A stretch of 32,000 nucleotides of DNA from Candidatus Nanopusillus sp. GTDB taxonomy: Archaea; Nanobdellota; Nanobdellia; Nanobdellales; Nanobdellaceae. Positions within the stretch are counted from its first letter, which is position 1. Each line of letters starts with the position of its first letter. The stretch spans positions 21,054 to 53,053 of the forward strand of contig JAPYVP010000003.1 of NCBI GenBank assembly GCA_028276785.1, written 5' to 3'. Below are positions 23,588 to 32,000 of the stretch, one piece after another. Below the pieces are notes generated by a model. It made no database searches, was not told the origin of the DNA, and worked only from the letters and a program-made list of their open reading frames with translations. The translations under genes and the position numbers were made by a program.

Positions 23588-25839
23588 GGATTAATAGAAT
23601 AAGGTTAGAAAACTTTAAAATACATAAAAATTTAGAGATAAATTTTGATGAAAAAAATATAATAATAGGAGAAAACGGAGTTGGAAAAACATCTATATTT
23701 CATGCAATATTATTTGGTTTATTTGGAAAAGATTCTTTATCAAGTATAAATATATCAAATATATCATCTTTAATAAGAACTGGTTCATATAATTTAAACG
23801 TAGAATTGGAAATATCTGAAGGAAATATAACATACAAAATAGTTAGATCTTCAAATAATAATGGAGAATCTAAGGCAATATTATATGAAGGAAATAAAAT
23901 TATAGCTTCTGGACCAGATATTGTTAATAAAAAAATAAAAGAAATATTAAATATAAACAGGGTTGAGAAATTTACGGATGTATTGTACATAAAGCAAGGA
24001 GACTTGGGTAGATATATTAGTTTATCTGGAAAAATTGAATTAACAAAATTATTAGAAAAAATATTTGATATAGAGTATTATTCCTTAATATTAAAAATAG
24101 TTGAAGGATTGATAAAAGATTTGGAAAAAGAAAAAGAATATAAAGAAAAAGAGAAGAGCTTATTATTAAAGGATATAGAATTATATAGAAATATTTTTGG
24201 TGATAAAGATATTGAAAAATTATTGGAAGAAGTTAATAGGTCTCTGGAATTAAAGAAAATAAGAGATAATTTATATAAAGACTATTTAGAGCTAAAAACA
24301 TTAGAAAATAGTATAGACTATAATTTATTAACTCAGGAAAATTATTTAAATCAAAAATTAAAAGAATATGAAGAAAAAGAAAGAGAATTATATGATAATA
24401 TATTAAGTCTTGAATCTGAAAGAAAGAATCTTAAATATGAAAATTACTCAAAAGATTTACTAAATAGATCTTTAGAGTATTTAGAGAATAGAAAAAAAGA
24501 ATTAGAGTATTTGGAAAATATTAATGAAAAAGAGTTAGAATATAAATTGAAAGAACTAAAAGAAATATATTTAAACATAGAAAAATATATAGAATACAAA
24601 AATATAGAAAGTGAGATAAAAAATATAGAGAATAAAAAGAAAGAATTGGAAAATAATATTATAATCTTAGAAAATAGGATAAAAGAAGAAGAAGAATATT
24701 TAAATATTCTAAATAGAGAAATATCAGAATGTCCGGTATGTAAAAGAGCTTTAGATGAAGATTTACATAAGAAATTATTAAATCAATATAAAGAAAGTTT
24801 AGATAAAGATAAAGAAAATTTAGATAAACTTAAAAATGAAAAAAACAATCTAGATAAACTATATCAGGAAATGGAGAATAAATATAAATATTTACTATAT
24901 ATTCAGGGAAAAATTAAAGACAAAATAAATTTATTAGATGTTGAAAATGAAAAGATAAGGATTGAAAAAGAAATTAATGAAATAAATTATAGAATAAATC
25001 AAATAAATGAATACAAGATAATAAAGGATACAATAAATTATATAAAGAAAAATGAATTGGATAAAGTAATAGATAATTTGAAAAAAGAATATCAAAATAT
25101 AAAAAATGAGATAAATAATATTAGATACTCTTTAATGAAAATAGATAATATGAAAAAGAATTTGGAAAAGATAAAAGATATATATAAAAGAAATAATTTA
25201 AATTCGATATATGAGTTCGAAAATAAGTTAAATGAACTTGATAAAGAAATAAAGAAATATGAAAATCTAAAACCAGAATTAATAAAAAATTACAAAGAAA
25301 AATTAAACATATATAATAATATAAATGAAAAGTTAAAGAATATAAGTAAAAACCTAAATATTTTAAGGTCTTTATATAATGTTTTATTAAAATATATAGA
25401 AGTTAATAGGGAAAAATTATCAAAAAATCTGGAAAATGCATTTAAATTCTATTTTAAGAAGTTGTATAGATATCAAGATATTATAGATGTCGGAATAGAT
25501 ATAAAAGAAAGTAAAGTAAAGGACGAAAAGCTATTTTATATTTATGTAATTAAAAATATTGATGGAAAGAGTATTAAGAAATATATTGATGAAGCTGGAT
25601 TAAGTGGGGGACAAACAAAGATATTAGACTTGGCATTAAGACTTGCAATTGCTTCTATATTAAACCTAAATGTCAATGTATTATTACTAGATGAACCTAC
25701 AGAATCTTTAGATGAAAATATCAGATTATCTTTAGCCCAATTAATATCTAGTCTAGATGATTATCAAATAATATTATGTACACATGATGATCTATTTAAA
25801 GATAATGTTGAAGGAAAAATAATTGAAATTAAAAGGTAA
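23584..25839 (+). CDS. rad50: Rad50 ATPase
   Basis: Walker A GENGVGKTSIFHAI, a long Lys/Glu coiled coil with the zinc hook CPVC (24730..24741), signature LSGGQ, and Walker B LLLDEPTESLD. It is short (751 aa). Confidence 0.9.
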   Translation: MRINRIRLENFKIHKNLEINFDEKNIIIGENGVGKTSIFHAILFGLFGKDSLSSINISNISSLIRTGSYNLNVELEISEGNITYKIVRSSNNNGESKAILYEGNKIIASGPDIVNKKIKEILNINRVEKFTDVLYIKQGDLGRYISLSGKIELTKLLEKIFDIEYYSLILKIVEGLIKDLEKEKEYKEKEKSLLLKDIELYRNIFGDKDIEKLLEEVNRSLELKKIRDNLYKDYLELKTLENSIDYNLLTQENYLNQKLKEYEEKERELYDNILSLESERKNLKYENYSKDLLNRSLEYLENRKKELEYLENINEKELEYKLKELKEIYLNIEKYIEYKNIESEIKNIENKKKELENNIIILENRIKEEEEYLNILNREISECPVCKRALDEDLHKKLLNQYKESLDKDKENLDKLKNEKNNLDKLYQEMENKYKYLLYIQGKIKDKINLLDVENEKIRIEKEINEINYRINQINEYKIIKDTINYIKKNELDKVIDNLKKEYQNIKNEINNIRYSLMKIDNMKKNLEKIKDIYKRNNLNSIYEFENKLNELDKEIKKYENLKPELIKNYKEKLNIYNNINEKLKNISKNLNILRSLYNVLLKYIEVNREKLSKNLENAFKFYFKKLYRYQDIIDVGIDIKESKVKDEKLFYIYVIKNIDGKSIKKYIDEAGLSGGQTKILDLALRLAIASILNLNVNVLLLDEPTESLDENIRLSLAQLISSLDDYQIILCTHDDLFKDNVEGKIIEIKR

Positions 25840-26170
25840 TTATTGCATATCCTTGATCAACTAATCTATTCATTTCTTCATATGAAAATATTTTATCTTT
25901 ATATATTAATTTTTCTTCTGGTATGTTAAATTTTGCCATACATTTTTCACATGCGTATATATTTATGTTTAAATTTTTCATATCCCCCAAATGTTTAGAT
26001 ATAATTAAATTAAATTCTTCATTTTCTTTATTTAAAGCTTTAATTCCTTCTAAAGTAAAACAAATTTTTATATCTTCTGCTCCACTCATTTTTAGTACTT
26101 TTGAAAATTCCAAAGCCATTTCTACTGTGTTTTTATCTTCTTTTGTTAATAATATTAAGTACTTTGCCAT
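25829..26170 (-). CDS. DsrE/DsrF-like family protein
   Basis: The 113 aa layout [12 protein letters not shown]...[28 protein letters not shown]...NIYACEKCM...[11 protein letters not shown] matches DsrE-like small alpha/beta proteins. Confidence 0.5.
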   Translation of the reverse strand: MAKYLILLTKEDKNTVEMALEFSKVLKMSGAEDIKICFTLEGIKALNKENEEFNLIISKHLGDMKNLNINIYACEKCMAKFNIPEEKLIYKDKIFSYEEMNRLVDQGYAIITF

Positions 26171-26191
26171 TAGAATATAACAATGTTATTA

Positions 26192-26199
26192 TTTATAAA
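26192..26199. promoter_or_regulatory. TATA-like element in the DsrE-like / KaiC-like divergent spacer
   Basis: TTTATAAA is centred ~26 nt from the minus-strand ATG (26170) and ~34 nt from the plus-strand ATG (26230). Confidence 0.35.
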
Positions 26200-26229
26200 T
26201 GTTTAAGCATTTGTTTCAAATATATTATA

Positions 26230-27081
26230 ATGATATACAAAGTTAGAACATATATACCGGGATTTGATGAGATATTATATGGAGGAATACCTGAAAGAAA
26301 TGTGGTATTATTAAGTGGAGGACCTGGTACAGGAAAATCAATTTTGGGTAAACAGTTCTTATATAATGGATTAAAAAATAATGAAAATGGTGTATTTGTT
26401 GCACTTGAAGAGCATCCAGTAAGTGTTAGAAGGAGTTTTAAGAATTTTGGATGGGATATATCAAAATATGAAGAAGAAGGAAAAATAGCAATTGTAGATG
26501 CATTTACTGGTGGAACTGGTACTGCGGCTCAAAGGGAAAGATATTTAGTAAGAGATTTAGATAATATACATGAGCTATTAGATGTAGTAAGGCAAGCAAT
26601 AAAAGATACAAATGCTAAAAGGGTTGTTATAGATTCTATTTCTACATTATATTTAACAAAACCAGCAATGGCAAGATCTATAGTAATGTTATTAAAAAGA
26701 TTGATTGCTGGTTTAGGATGTACTGCAATATTTGTTTCACAAATTTCTGTTGGTGAGAGGGGATTTGGTGGACCCGGTGTTGAACATGCGGTAGACGGAA
26801 TTGTTAAGATGGATCTAGATGAGATAGATGGAAAGTTATATAGATCAATTATTGTGTGGAAAATGAGGGATACAAAACATAGTTTATTGAGACATCCAAT
26901 GCAAATAAATGAAAATGGGATAAAAATTGAATGGGATAAATATATTAGAATAGGGATTAATAATGTAAAAATAGATAATATATCACAAGAAATGATTGAA
27001 GAAATAAATAAAGCTATGAAAGAAGTTGAGAAATATTCTGAATATAAGAAAAGTAATGTTCAGGAATTTGAAGGAGAATGA
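26230..27081 (+). CDS. KaiC-like single-domain RecA-superfamily ATPase
   Basis: From the internal Met: [44 protein letters not shown]...[34 protein letters not shown]. The track start at 26101 overlaps the divergent DsrE-like gene and encodes a junk-like extension. Confidence 0.8.
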   Translation: MIYKVRTYIPGFDEILYGGIPERNVVLLSGGPGTGKSILGKQFLYNGLKNNENGVFVALEEHPVSVRRSFKNFGWDISKYEEEGKIAIVDAFTGGTGTAAQRERYLVRDLDNIHELLDVVRQAIKDTNAKRVVIDSISTLYLTKPAMARSIVMLLKRLIAGLGCTAIFVSQISVGERGFGGPGVEHAVDGIVKMDLDEIDGKLYRSIIVWKMRDTKHSLLRHPMQINENGIKIEWDKYIRIGINNVKIDNISQEMIEEINKAMKEVEKYSEYKKSNVQEFEGE

Positions 27082-27728
27082 TTAAAGAAGTTAAGTATGT
27101 TTTTTTGATTTTCTCCTCTTATTTTTTTAATTGTTATCCAAGATTCTCTAATATAATCTTTTAGTATTTCATAATTTTCCTTTATTGCTTTAATTGTCTT
27201 TTCATCAGACGGATATCCAGACCCAAAATCTATATTGGTTTTTTCTTTAATCTTATCAATTTCTTTATCTCTTATAACTTTTGCAATAATTGAAGCAGCA
27301 GATACTACAGGATAATTCTTGTCAGCCCTATTTTCTACAATTAGTTCGACATTTATTTTTAAATTATTTTTTATGTATTCCATTACTTTTTTTATATTAA
27401 CTACTGGAGAATCAATTATTACTTTGTCTGGTTTTATTTCTTCAATTATCTTTATCATATTTTCAAATTCTAAATAATTTAATTTATTTTTATATACATA
27501 ATAGTCTATTGTTTTTGGACCAATTATTATATACTTATATTTATCTGTTAACCTTATTATTTCATTATATATATCTTCTCTCTGTTTTCTTGTTAATTCT
27601 TTAGAATCTTTAACACCCAAGGATTTTAATAGTTCTATTTTTTCTTCTTCAATACAATAGCCAGCAATTACCATTGGTCCTATTACAGGCCCCCTTCCAG
27701 CTTCATCAATACCCAATATCAATTTCAT
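27060..27728 (-). CDS. rnhB: Ribonuclease HII
   Basis: [30 protein letters not shown] and [14 protein letters not shown] are canonical RNase HII motifs. Confidence 0.9.
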   Translation of the reverse strand: MKLILGIDEAGRGPVIGPMVIAGYCIEEEKIELLKSLGVKDSKELTRKQREDIYNEIIRLTDKYKYIIIGPKTIDYYVYKNKLNYLEFENMIKIIEEIKPDKVIIDSPVVNIKKVMEYIKNNLKINVELIVENRADKNYPVVSAASIIAKVIRDKEIDKIKEKTNIDFGSGYPSDEKTIKAIKENYEILKDYIRESWITIKKIRGENQKNILNFFNHSPSNS

Positions 27729-28744
27729 TGTGTACTAGATTTTTTCCATACTCTTGGGTATAAACCCCTTTTCATAATAACCCTATCAATATCAACTGCA
27801 ATACCTTTCTCTGAATTTAAAATTTTTTCAGAATCCATTAATGCAGTTCCATAAGCAACTATTTCTCCCTTTAATGTAAATATTGTTACTAGATCACCTT
27901 CTTTTATATTCGAATATAGTTTTGATATTCCCTTTACTGTTAGATTTGCTCCATGTGCAATTGCATCTACTGCAGTATCTAATATCCAGATTTTCTTTGT
28001 ATGTTCTGCTGCAACTTCTGCTGGTAGAAAAACCTTTCTTATATATTCTTCATTATTTTCATTTCTCCAAAACCATATAGAATCAACGATATCTTGTAAA
28101 GTAATTAAAGGATATTTTTCAGAATCTTCCCTTAATTCTCCAACCCTAATTCTTCTTAATTGTTGCATGTGTGCTTTTGTTCCCAAAGCCTTTCCTATAT
28201 CATCTATTAATTTTCTTATATATACACCAGCTTCTGTTGCAATTTGTAATAGCCAATCTCTACCATCAACTTCTAATACCTTTATGCAATAAACATTTTT
28301 TTCTCTAGGAACTTTTTTTACTGCAGATTTTAATGGGGGTTTTTGAATAATTTTTCCTTGAAATTTGTTTAATACTTCATATACTTTATTTTCATCAATA
28401 TCACTATGTATATGCATCCATGCTATATACTCTTTTCCAGCAGTTAATAATAATTTTAATACTTTTGTTCCTCTTCCAATTCCTACTGGTAATACCCCGG
28501 TTACTTTTGGATCTAATGTACCCGCATGTCCTGCTTTTTTATTTAAAATATTTTTTATCCATCCAGAAACTTGGTGTGATGTAGGTCCTTTTGGTTTATC
28601 TAAATTAATAATTGAGAAATCAAGCAATTCATTTATTGGTCTTTTCCATGGATTATAACCATATTTTTCATTTGTTTCTTCTTCTCTCTTAATAAGAATC
28701 TCATATTTTTCATCTTCATATGGTAATTTACAATATTCTACCAT
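27725..28744 (-). CDS. cbf5: H/ACA RNP pseudouridine synthase Cbf5 (TruB family with C-terminal PUA)
   Basis: INLDKPKGPTSHQV, GHAGTLDPKVTGVLPVGIGRGTK and a C-terminal PUA region (AVDAIAHGANLTVKGI...GDLVTIFTLKGEIVAYGTAL). It has an ATGA overlap with rnhB. Confidence 0.9.
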   Translation of the reverse strand: MVEYCKLPYEDEKYEILIKREEETNEKYGYNPWKRPINELLDFSIINLDKPKGPTSHQVSGWIKNILNKKAGHAGTLDPKVTGVLPVGIGRGTKVLKLLLTAGKEYIAWMHIHSDIDENKVYEVLNKFQGKIIQKPPLKSAVKKVPREKNVYCIKVLEVDGRDWLLQIATEAGVYIRKLIDDIGKALGTKAHMQQLRRIRVGELREDSEKYPLITLQDIVDSIWFWRNENNEEYIRKVFLPAEVAAEHTKKIWILDTAVDAIAHGANLTVKGISKLYSNIKEGDLVTIFTLKGEIVAYGTALMDSEKILNSEKGIAVDIDRVIMKRGLYPRVWKKSSTQ

Positions 28745-28767
28745 AAAATTTTGTATGATAAAAACTC

Positions 28768-28777
28768 ATATATATAC
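28768..28777 (-). promoter_or_regulatory. TATA-box-like element for cbf5
   Basis: The minus-strand reading GTATATATAT is centred ~28 nt upstream of the cbf5 ATG (28744). Confidence 0.35.
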
Positions 28778-28814
28778 AACTTTGGAATTTTTAAATATTT
28801 ATTAATAAATTTTT

Positions 28815-28829
28815 CTATGATTATCATAG
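28815..28829. promoter_or_regulatory. Perfect 15-nt palindrome in the longest intergenic region
   Basis: CTATGAT-T-ATCATAG. The half-site TATGAT recurs at ~28754..28759, close to the cbf5 start. Confidence 0.3.
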
Positions 28830-28906
28830 TTAGCATATTTATAAATATATAAAGATTGGATAGCAGTATACATCTAAAATATTAAAGAAAAAGTGAAAAG
28901 ATAGGA

Positions 28907-29470
28907 TTATTGAGATGTTTGATTAGCCTCTTGTATAGATGATTCTTTATTTTCTTTCTTGTTTATATTTTGGCTTAGTAATTTCTCTTTATTTATATTT
29001 GAATAAGGATTATATCCTATTTTATCTTCTTCATCGACCTTAACTAAGTAGCCGGGAGATGATATTACTTTATCACCTATAACAATATGTCTATGTACGA
29101 TTAATTGTCTTGCCTGTTTTATCGTTTTTGCTAAGCCTTTTCTAAATACAATTGTTTGTAACCTTCTTTCTAATATTTCTTTTACTGTTATGTTTAAAGC
29201 TTCACTTATATCAGAAGTTTTGTTTAATAATCCAAGTCTAACTAACTTATTTTTCAATTTTTCTTCTTCTTTTGATACATCTACTCCAGCAGCTTTTTTG
29301 GCATTTAAGTATCTAACATAGAATCTTATTTTTCTAGCAATTGTAGAAGCTTTCCATAATTCTCTTTTATTTTTTAGTCCGTATTGTTTTAATAATTGCC
29401 TTTCTTCTTCTAATCTATCTTTTTGCCAAGGATGGGTTGGACCTTCCCAGGTTTTTCTATTTCTCCACAT
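28907..29470 (-). CDS. rps4: 30S ribosomal protein S4 (uS4)
   Basis: GPTHPWQKDRLEEERQLLKQYGLKNKRELWK, and the S4 domain ILERRLQTIVFRKGLAKTIKQARQLIVHRHIVIGDKVISSPGYLV. Confidence 0.9.
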   Translation of the reverse strand: MWRNRKTWEGPTHPWQKDRLEEERQLLKQYGLKNKRELWKASTIARKIRFYVRYLNAKKAAGVDVSKEEEKLKNKLVRLGLLNKTSDISEALNITVKEILERRLQTIVFRKGLAKTIKQARQLIVHRHIVIGDKVISSPGYLVKVDEEDKIGYNPYSNINKEKLLSQNINKKENKESSIQEANQTSQ

Positions 29471-29471
29471 T

Positions 29472-29984
29472 TTACTCTTTATTTTCAGATTTTTGTTGAG
29501 CCCTTAATTCTTTATTCTTTATTACACCAACAGTGGAACCTTTTCTATGATGAGATCTTGTTTTTTGTCCTCTAACAGGTAATTTATACATATGTCTGTT
29601 TCCTCTCCATGTTTTCAATTCAATTTCTTCTTTTATATCCATTTTTACTTGAATTTCCCAATCAGGTCCTACTAAATGTTTATCCTGACCATCTCTAGGA
29701 TCCCTTCTTCTATTTAACATCCATGAAGGTATACCATGATTTTGTGGTCTTTTTAGGCAATCTTCTAATTTTTCTAATTCTTCATCTGTTAAAGATCCTA
29801 AAGCCTGCCATTTATTTATCTTTAATACACTACATACAGCATTAGCAAATCTCCAATTTACACCAGGTATCTTTCTTAATTCTACAATTATTGGTTTATG
29901 TCCATTTAATTCTACCCCTACAATACGTATAACATCTCTTAATGTTCTTCCTTCAGGTATTATTACTTTAAGTGCACCAGGCAT
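29472..29984 (-). CDS. rps13: 30S ribosomal protein S13 (uS13)
   Basis: From the internal Met MPGALKV: IRIVGVELNGHKPIIVELRKIPGVNWRFANAVC, GIPSWMLNRRRDPRDGQDKHLVG, WRGNRHMYKLPVRGQKTRSHHRKG. I dropped the 16-codon hydrophobic extension to 30032. Confidence 0.9.
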   Translation of the reverse strand: MPGALKVIIPEGRTLRDVIRIVGVELNGHKPIIVELRKIPGVNWRFANAVCSVLKINKWQALGSLTDEELEKLEDCLKRPQNHGIPSWMLNRRRDPRDGQDKHLVGPDWEIQVKMDIKEEIELKTWRGNRHMYKLPVRGQKTRSHHRKGSTVGVIKNKELRAQQKSENKE

Positions 29985-30005
29985 TAAAATATTTAGATAA
30001 AAAAT

Positions 30006-30014
30006 GTTTAAAAG
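30006..30014. promoter_or_regulatory. Central TATA-like element of the rps13 / herA divergent spacer
   Basis: GTTTAAAAG is centred ~26 nt from both the rps13 ATG (29984, minus) and the herA ATG (30035, plus). Confidence 0.35.
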
Positions 30015-30034
30015 TATATTATAAATATACATCT

Positions 30035-31672
30035 ATGAAAGTTGGCTATGTTATAAAAGAAGCTACATCAGAATATTTTTATTTTGTTGTTGATCCAAAG
30101 GAAAGATATTCTGTGGGTATTGGAAGTATAGTTAAAGTGAGAATTGGTGATTCCTTTTATTTTGGGATAATTGAAGATTTAAAATCAGAGGCAATTGAAG
30201 AAGAAAGATTGTTTGATTATGAAGCAATAGAATTATTATATGGACAAATGAAAAAATCTCAATATTTAATAATTGGAAAAGCTATATTTATTGGGGTAAT
30301 AAAAAATGGAAAAATATTACAAGAAAAACCAAAAACACCGCCAGTTCCCGGAGATGAAGTATTCTTACCAGAAGAGGAGGAGGTAAGTAAAATATATTCA
30401 TTTGAGGAAAAAGTATTATCAATACCTTTAGGAAAAATAAATTTACAAAATAAAGAATTTATTGTAGATTTAAATATAAAAAATTTAATTATAAGACATA
30501 CTGGTATATTTGGAATAACAGGTTCTGGAAAAAGTACAACAGTTGCTCACATAATAAGTGAATTATCAAAGAAAAATATACCAATATTGTTATTTGATAT
30601 TCATAGAGACTATATACTATCATTTGAAAATTCTATAATAATAACATTTAGTAAAAGGGAAAAAGTATTTATTGAAAAATTAATAAGTGAAAGAAATAAG
30701 AAAAATGTGATAGTATATAATGCAAAATTACCATTAAAGTATATAAAAGATTATATGGAAAGTTTCTTGGGAATATCTGGAAAACAAGCCCCTCACGTGT
30801 ATTCCTTATTATATAGAATTTTATCATTAGAAGAGGGGAAAGCACCAAAATTCATGGATAAATTGTTAGAAATGGTAAATAAAAGAGATCCTCCACAAAT
30901 ATTTGAAAAATATAAAAATAGAGAAGATGTAATAAGATCTTTGCAATCAAGATTGTTAAGAATAAAAGATTGGATGTTATTCCCAAAAAATGTAGATGAT
31001 ATGGGTGAAAATGTGGATGAATTATTTAATAAATTATTAGAAGATATTAGAAATTTCAGTATTTCAGATTATAATATAGTTAAAGAAGAAAATGGGGAAG
31101 TATATTTAGAAGAATCTAACAAATTTATACCAAAAGTAATTATATTCGATTTATATCCTTTATCAATAGAAGAACAGAGAATATTAATAGATATATTATT
31201 AGAAATTGCTTATGAAAAATATAAATCTTGGAAATTTAATAATAAAACAGATATTTTGGGAATTGTAATAGAAGAAGCACACAGATTTGCATCTAAAAAT
31301 AGCGAAGTATCTTCAAGGATATCTTTAATTGCAAGAGAAGGAAGAAAATTTGGTTTAGGATTAATTTTGGTATCTCAAGTACCTTCTAATATTATTGAAG
31401 ATATTACATCTCAATTAAATACATTTATTTTATTAAAAATAATTAATCCAAAAGATTTAGAATTCATAAGAAAAACATGTCCATATTTATCTAGGGAATA
31501 TTTTGAAGCATTAACAAAATTAGAAACTGGTTCATGTTTAGCAGTTGGATTAGCATTAAAGAATCCAGCAATATTAAAGGTAATAAAATCTGTAGAAGTT
31601 GGTGGAGCAGAGGAAGATATAGACAATATAATAAGAGAGAGAATATTATATGGAAGTAAAACTAATTCTTAA
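30035..31672 (+). CDS. herA: HerA-type (FtsK/HerA superfamily) hexameric helicase/translocase
   Basis: N-terminal HAS-barrel pattern (MKVGYVIKEATSEYFYFVV....VGIGSIVKVRIGDSFYFGIIEDL), Walker A GITGSGKST, Walker B IVIEEAHRFA, and REGRKFGLGLILVSQVPSNI. I moved the start from 29972 to the ATG at 30035. Confidence 0.85.
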   Translation: MKVGYVIKEATSEYFYFVVDPKERYSVGIGSIVKVRIGDSFYFGIIEDLKSEAIEEERLFDYEAIELLYGQMKKSQYLIIGKAIFIGVIKNGKILQEKPKTPPVPGDEVFLPEEEEVSKIYSFEEKVLSIPLGKINLQNKEFIVDLNIKNLIIRHTGIFGITGSGKSTTVAHIISELSKKNIPILLFDIHRDYILSFENSIIITFSKREKVFIEKLISERNKKNVIVYNAKLPLKYIKDYMESFLGISGKQAPHVYSLLYRILSLEEGKAPKFMDKLLEMVNKRDPPQIFEKYKNREDVIRSLQSRLLRIKDWMLFPKNVDDMGENVDELFNKLLEDIRNFSISDYNIVKEENGEVYLEESNKFIPKVIIFDLYPLSIEEQRILIDILLEIAYEKYKSWKFNNKTDILGIVIEEAHRFASKNSEVSSRISLIAREGRKFGLGLILVSQVPSNIIEDITSQLNTFILLKIINPKDLEFIRKTCPYLSREYFEALTKLETGSCLAVGLALKNPAILKVIKSVEVGGAEEDIDNIIRERILYGSKTNS

Positions 31673-31958
31673 TGGAATAGGAAACAATTTTTTATTTTCT
31701 GAGCAAGATATATATAAATTTTTTGACTATTTAATTGATAAATATAAATTAGTAATAAATAATAAAAAGATAATAATATCAGATAAAGAAAAATTTTCAT
31801 CATTTTTATTTGACACAAATAAATTTACTATTGCATTAAATTATTGGGAGAGAATTGATTATTGCTTTATATATATTTCTTCAAATAATTTTGATCTATC
31901 AAATTTAGTCCATGATTTATTAGAATATTTAAAACCCAAATATTTTAAAATTGTATAA
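31650..31958 (+). CDS. Hypothetical protein (102 aa)
   Basis: The ORF overlaps the herA 3' end by 23 nt. I recognised no family. It is too short and lacks the motifs expected of NurA. Confidence 0.35.
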   Translation: MEVKLILNGIGNNFLFSEQDIYKFFDYLIDKYKLVINNKKIIISDKEKFSSFLFDTNKFTIALNYWERIDYCFIYISSNNFDLSNLVHDLLEYLKPKYFKIV

Positions 31959-31977
31959 AGATCAAAATTATTTATAT

Positions 31978-32000
31978 GCCGCGGTGCCCGAGTGGTCCAA
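31978..32000 (+). tRNA. 5' portion of a tRNA (class II-like D arm, Leu/Ser type?), truncated by the window edge
   Basis: GCCGCGG-UG-CCCG-AGUGGUCCAA gives a 7-nt acceptor strand, U8, the start of the D stem, A14 and the GG of the D loop. The segment is strongly GC-rich against an AT-rich background, as structural RNAs are in low-GC thermophiles. The anticodon is not in the window. Confidence 0.65.

Noticed and set aside
26230-27081. KaiC-like ATPase as the missing FlaH of the filament locus.
   Set aside because: It is ~5.4 kb away from the FlaI-like gene, on the far side of mre11-rad50, and paired divergently with a DsrE-like gene. The sequence cannot distinguish FlaH from generic KaiC-like ATPases without phylogeny, so I made no such claim.
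28745-28906. Possible C/D-box or H/ACA guide RNA next to cbf5.
   Set aside because: Only degenerate C-box-like strings occur (ATGATAA, ATGATTA), with no properly spaced CUGA D box. There is no ACA-terminated hairpin. The region is extremely AT-rich, unlike the GC-rich tRNA segment, so a stable structured RNA is unlikely.
31650-31958. The 102-aa ORF after herA as NurA. I also noticed a faint resemblance of ALNYWERIDYCFIYISS to the HTWPE..Y..D.F.C region of archaeal AdoMet decarboxylase.
   Set aside because: It is far too short for NurA and lacks its acidic catalytic motifs. The AdoMetDC-like resemblance lacks the self-cleavage ES(H) site and is too weak to report as a call.
1-32000. CRISPR arrays, rRNA genes, transposases/integrases, prophage or defence-island signatures.
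   Set aside because: I saw no regularly spaced direct repeats, no GC-rich rRNA-like stretch, and no recombinase, transposase or toxin-like ORF. The only notable repeats are the intragenic cdc48 repeat and low-complexity Lys/Glu codon runs in rad50.

Overview
This is a very AT-rich, extremely compact archaeal chromosomal window. No GC content was computed. About 37 protein genes lie on both strands, with almost no non-coding DNA, and the 5' part of one GC-rich tRNA sits at the right edge. The gene content is core archaeal information processing and proteostasis. It includes ribosomal proteins L18e-L13-S9 and, about 26 kb away on the other strand, S13-S4. It also includes the PolD large subunit, Cdc48, a thermosome, Cbf5, RNase HII, diphthine synthase, Fap7, dCTP deaminase, an Hjc-like resolvase, Mre11-Rad50, HerA and an RPA-like OB-fold protein. 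Many genes overlap: ATGA/TAATG junctions occur between co-directional genes, and 5 of 6 convergent pairs overlap at their 3' ends. Conserved operons are broken up, a stand-alone ArcTGT C-terminal/PUA module is present, and the tRNA is GC-rich in an AT-rich background. Together these fit a small-genome thermophilic DPANN/Nanoarchaeota-like archaeon, but that is inference only. I found no CRISPR array, rRNA, transposase or integrase. The items most worth a second look are listed here:
- An Arm/Rmt (FmrO)-type 16S rRNA methyltransferase homolog is translationally coupled to a ThiF/UbaA-type E1-like enzyme and Cdc48.
- A small archaeosortase-family gene sits in an overlapping operon with the PUA module and a sequon-rich anchored protein, with no cognate substrate in view.
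- A type IV filament (archaellum/pilus-like) locus has a FlaI-type ATPase, pilin-like proteins and a Q/N- and Cys-rich prepilin, but no adjacent polytopic platform gene.
- The thermosome has a non-canonical GDGTKRS nucleotide loop.
- The two AAA modules of cdc48 share an 88-nt near-identical repeat.
- Divergent gene pairs have a recurrent ~50-59 bp spacer with one central TATA-like element.
All functional calls rest on motif recognition from memory. No database search was run.
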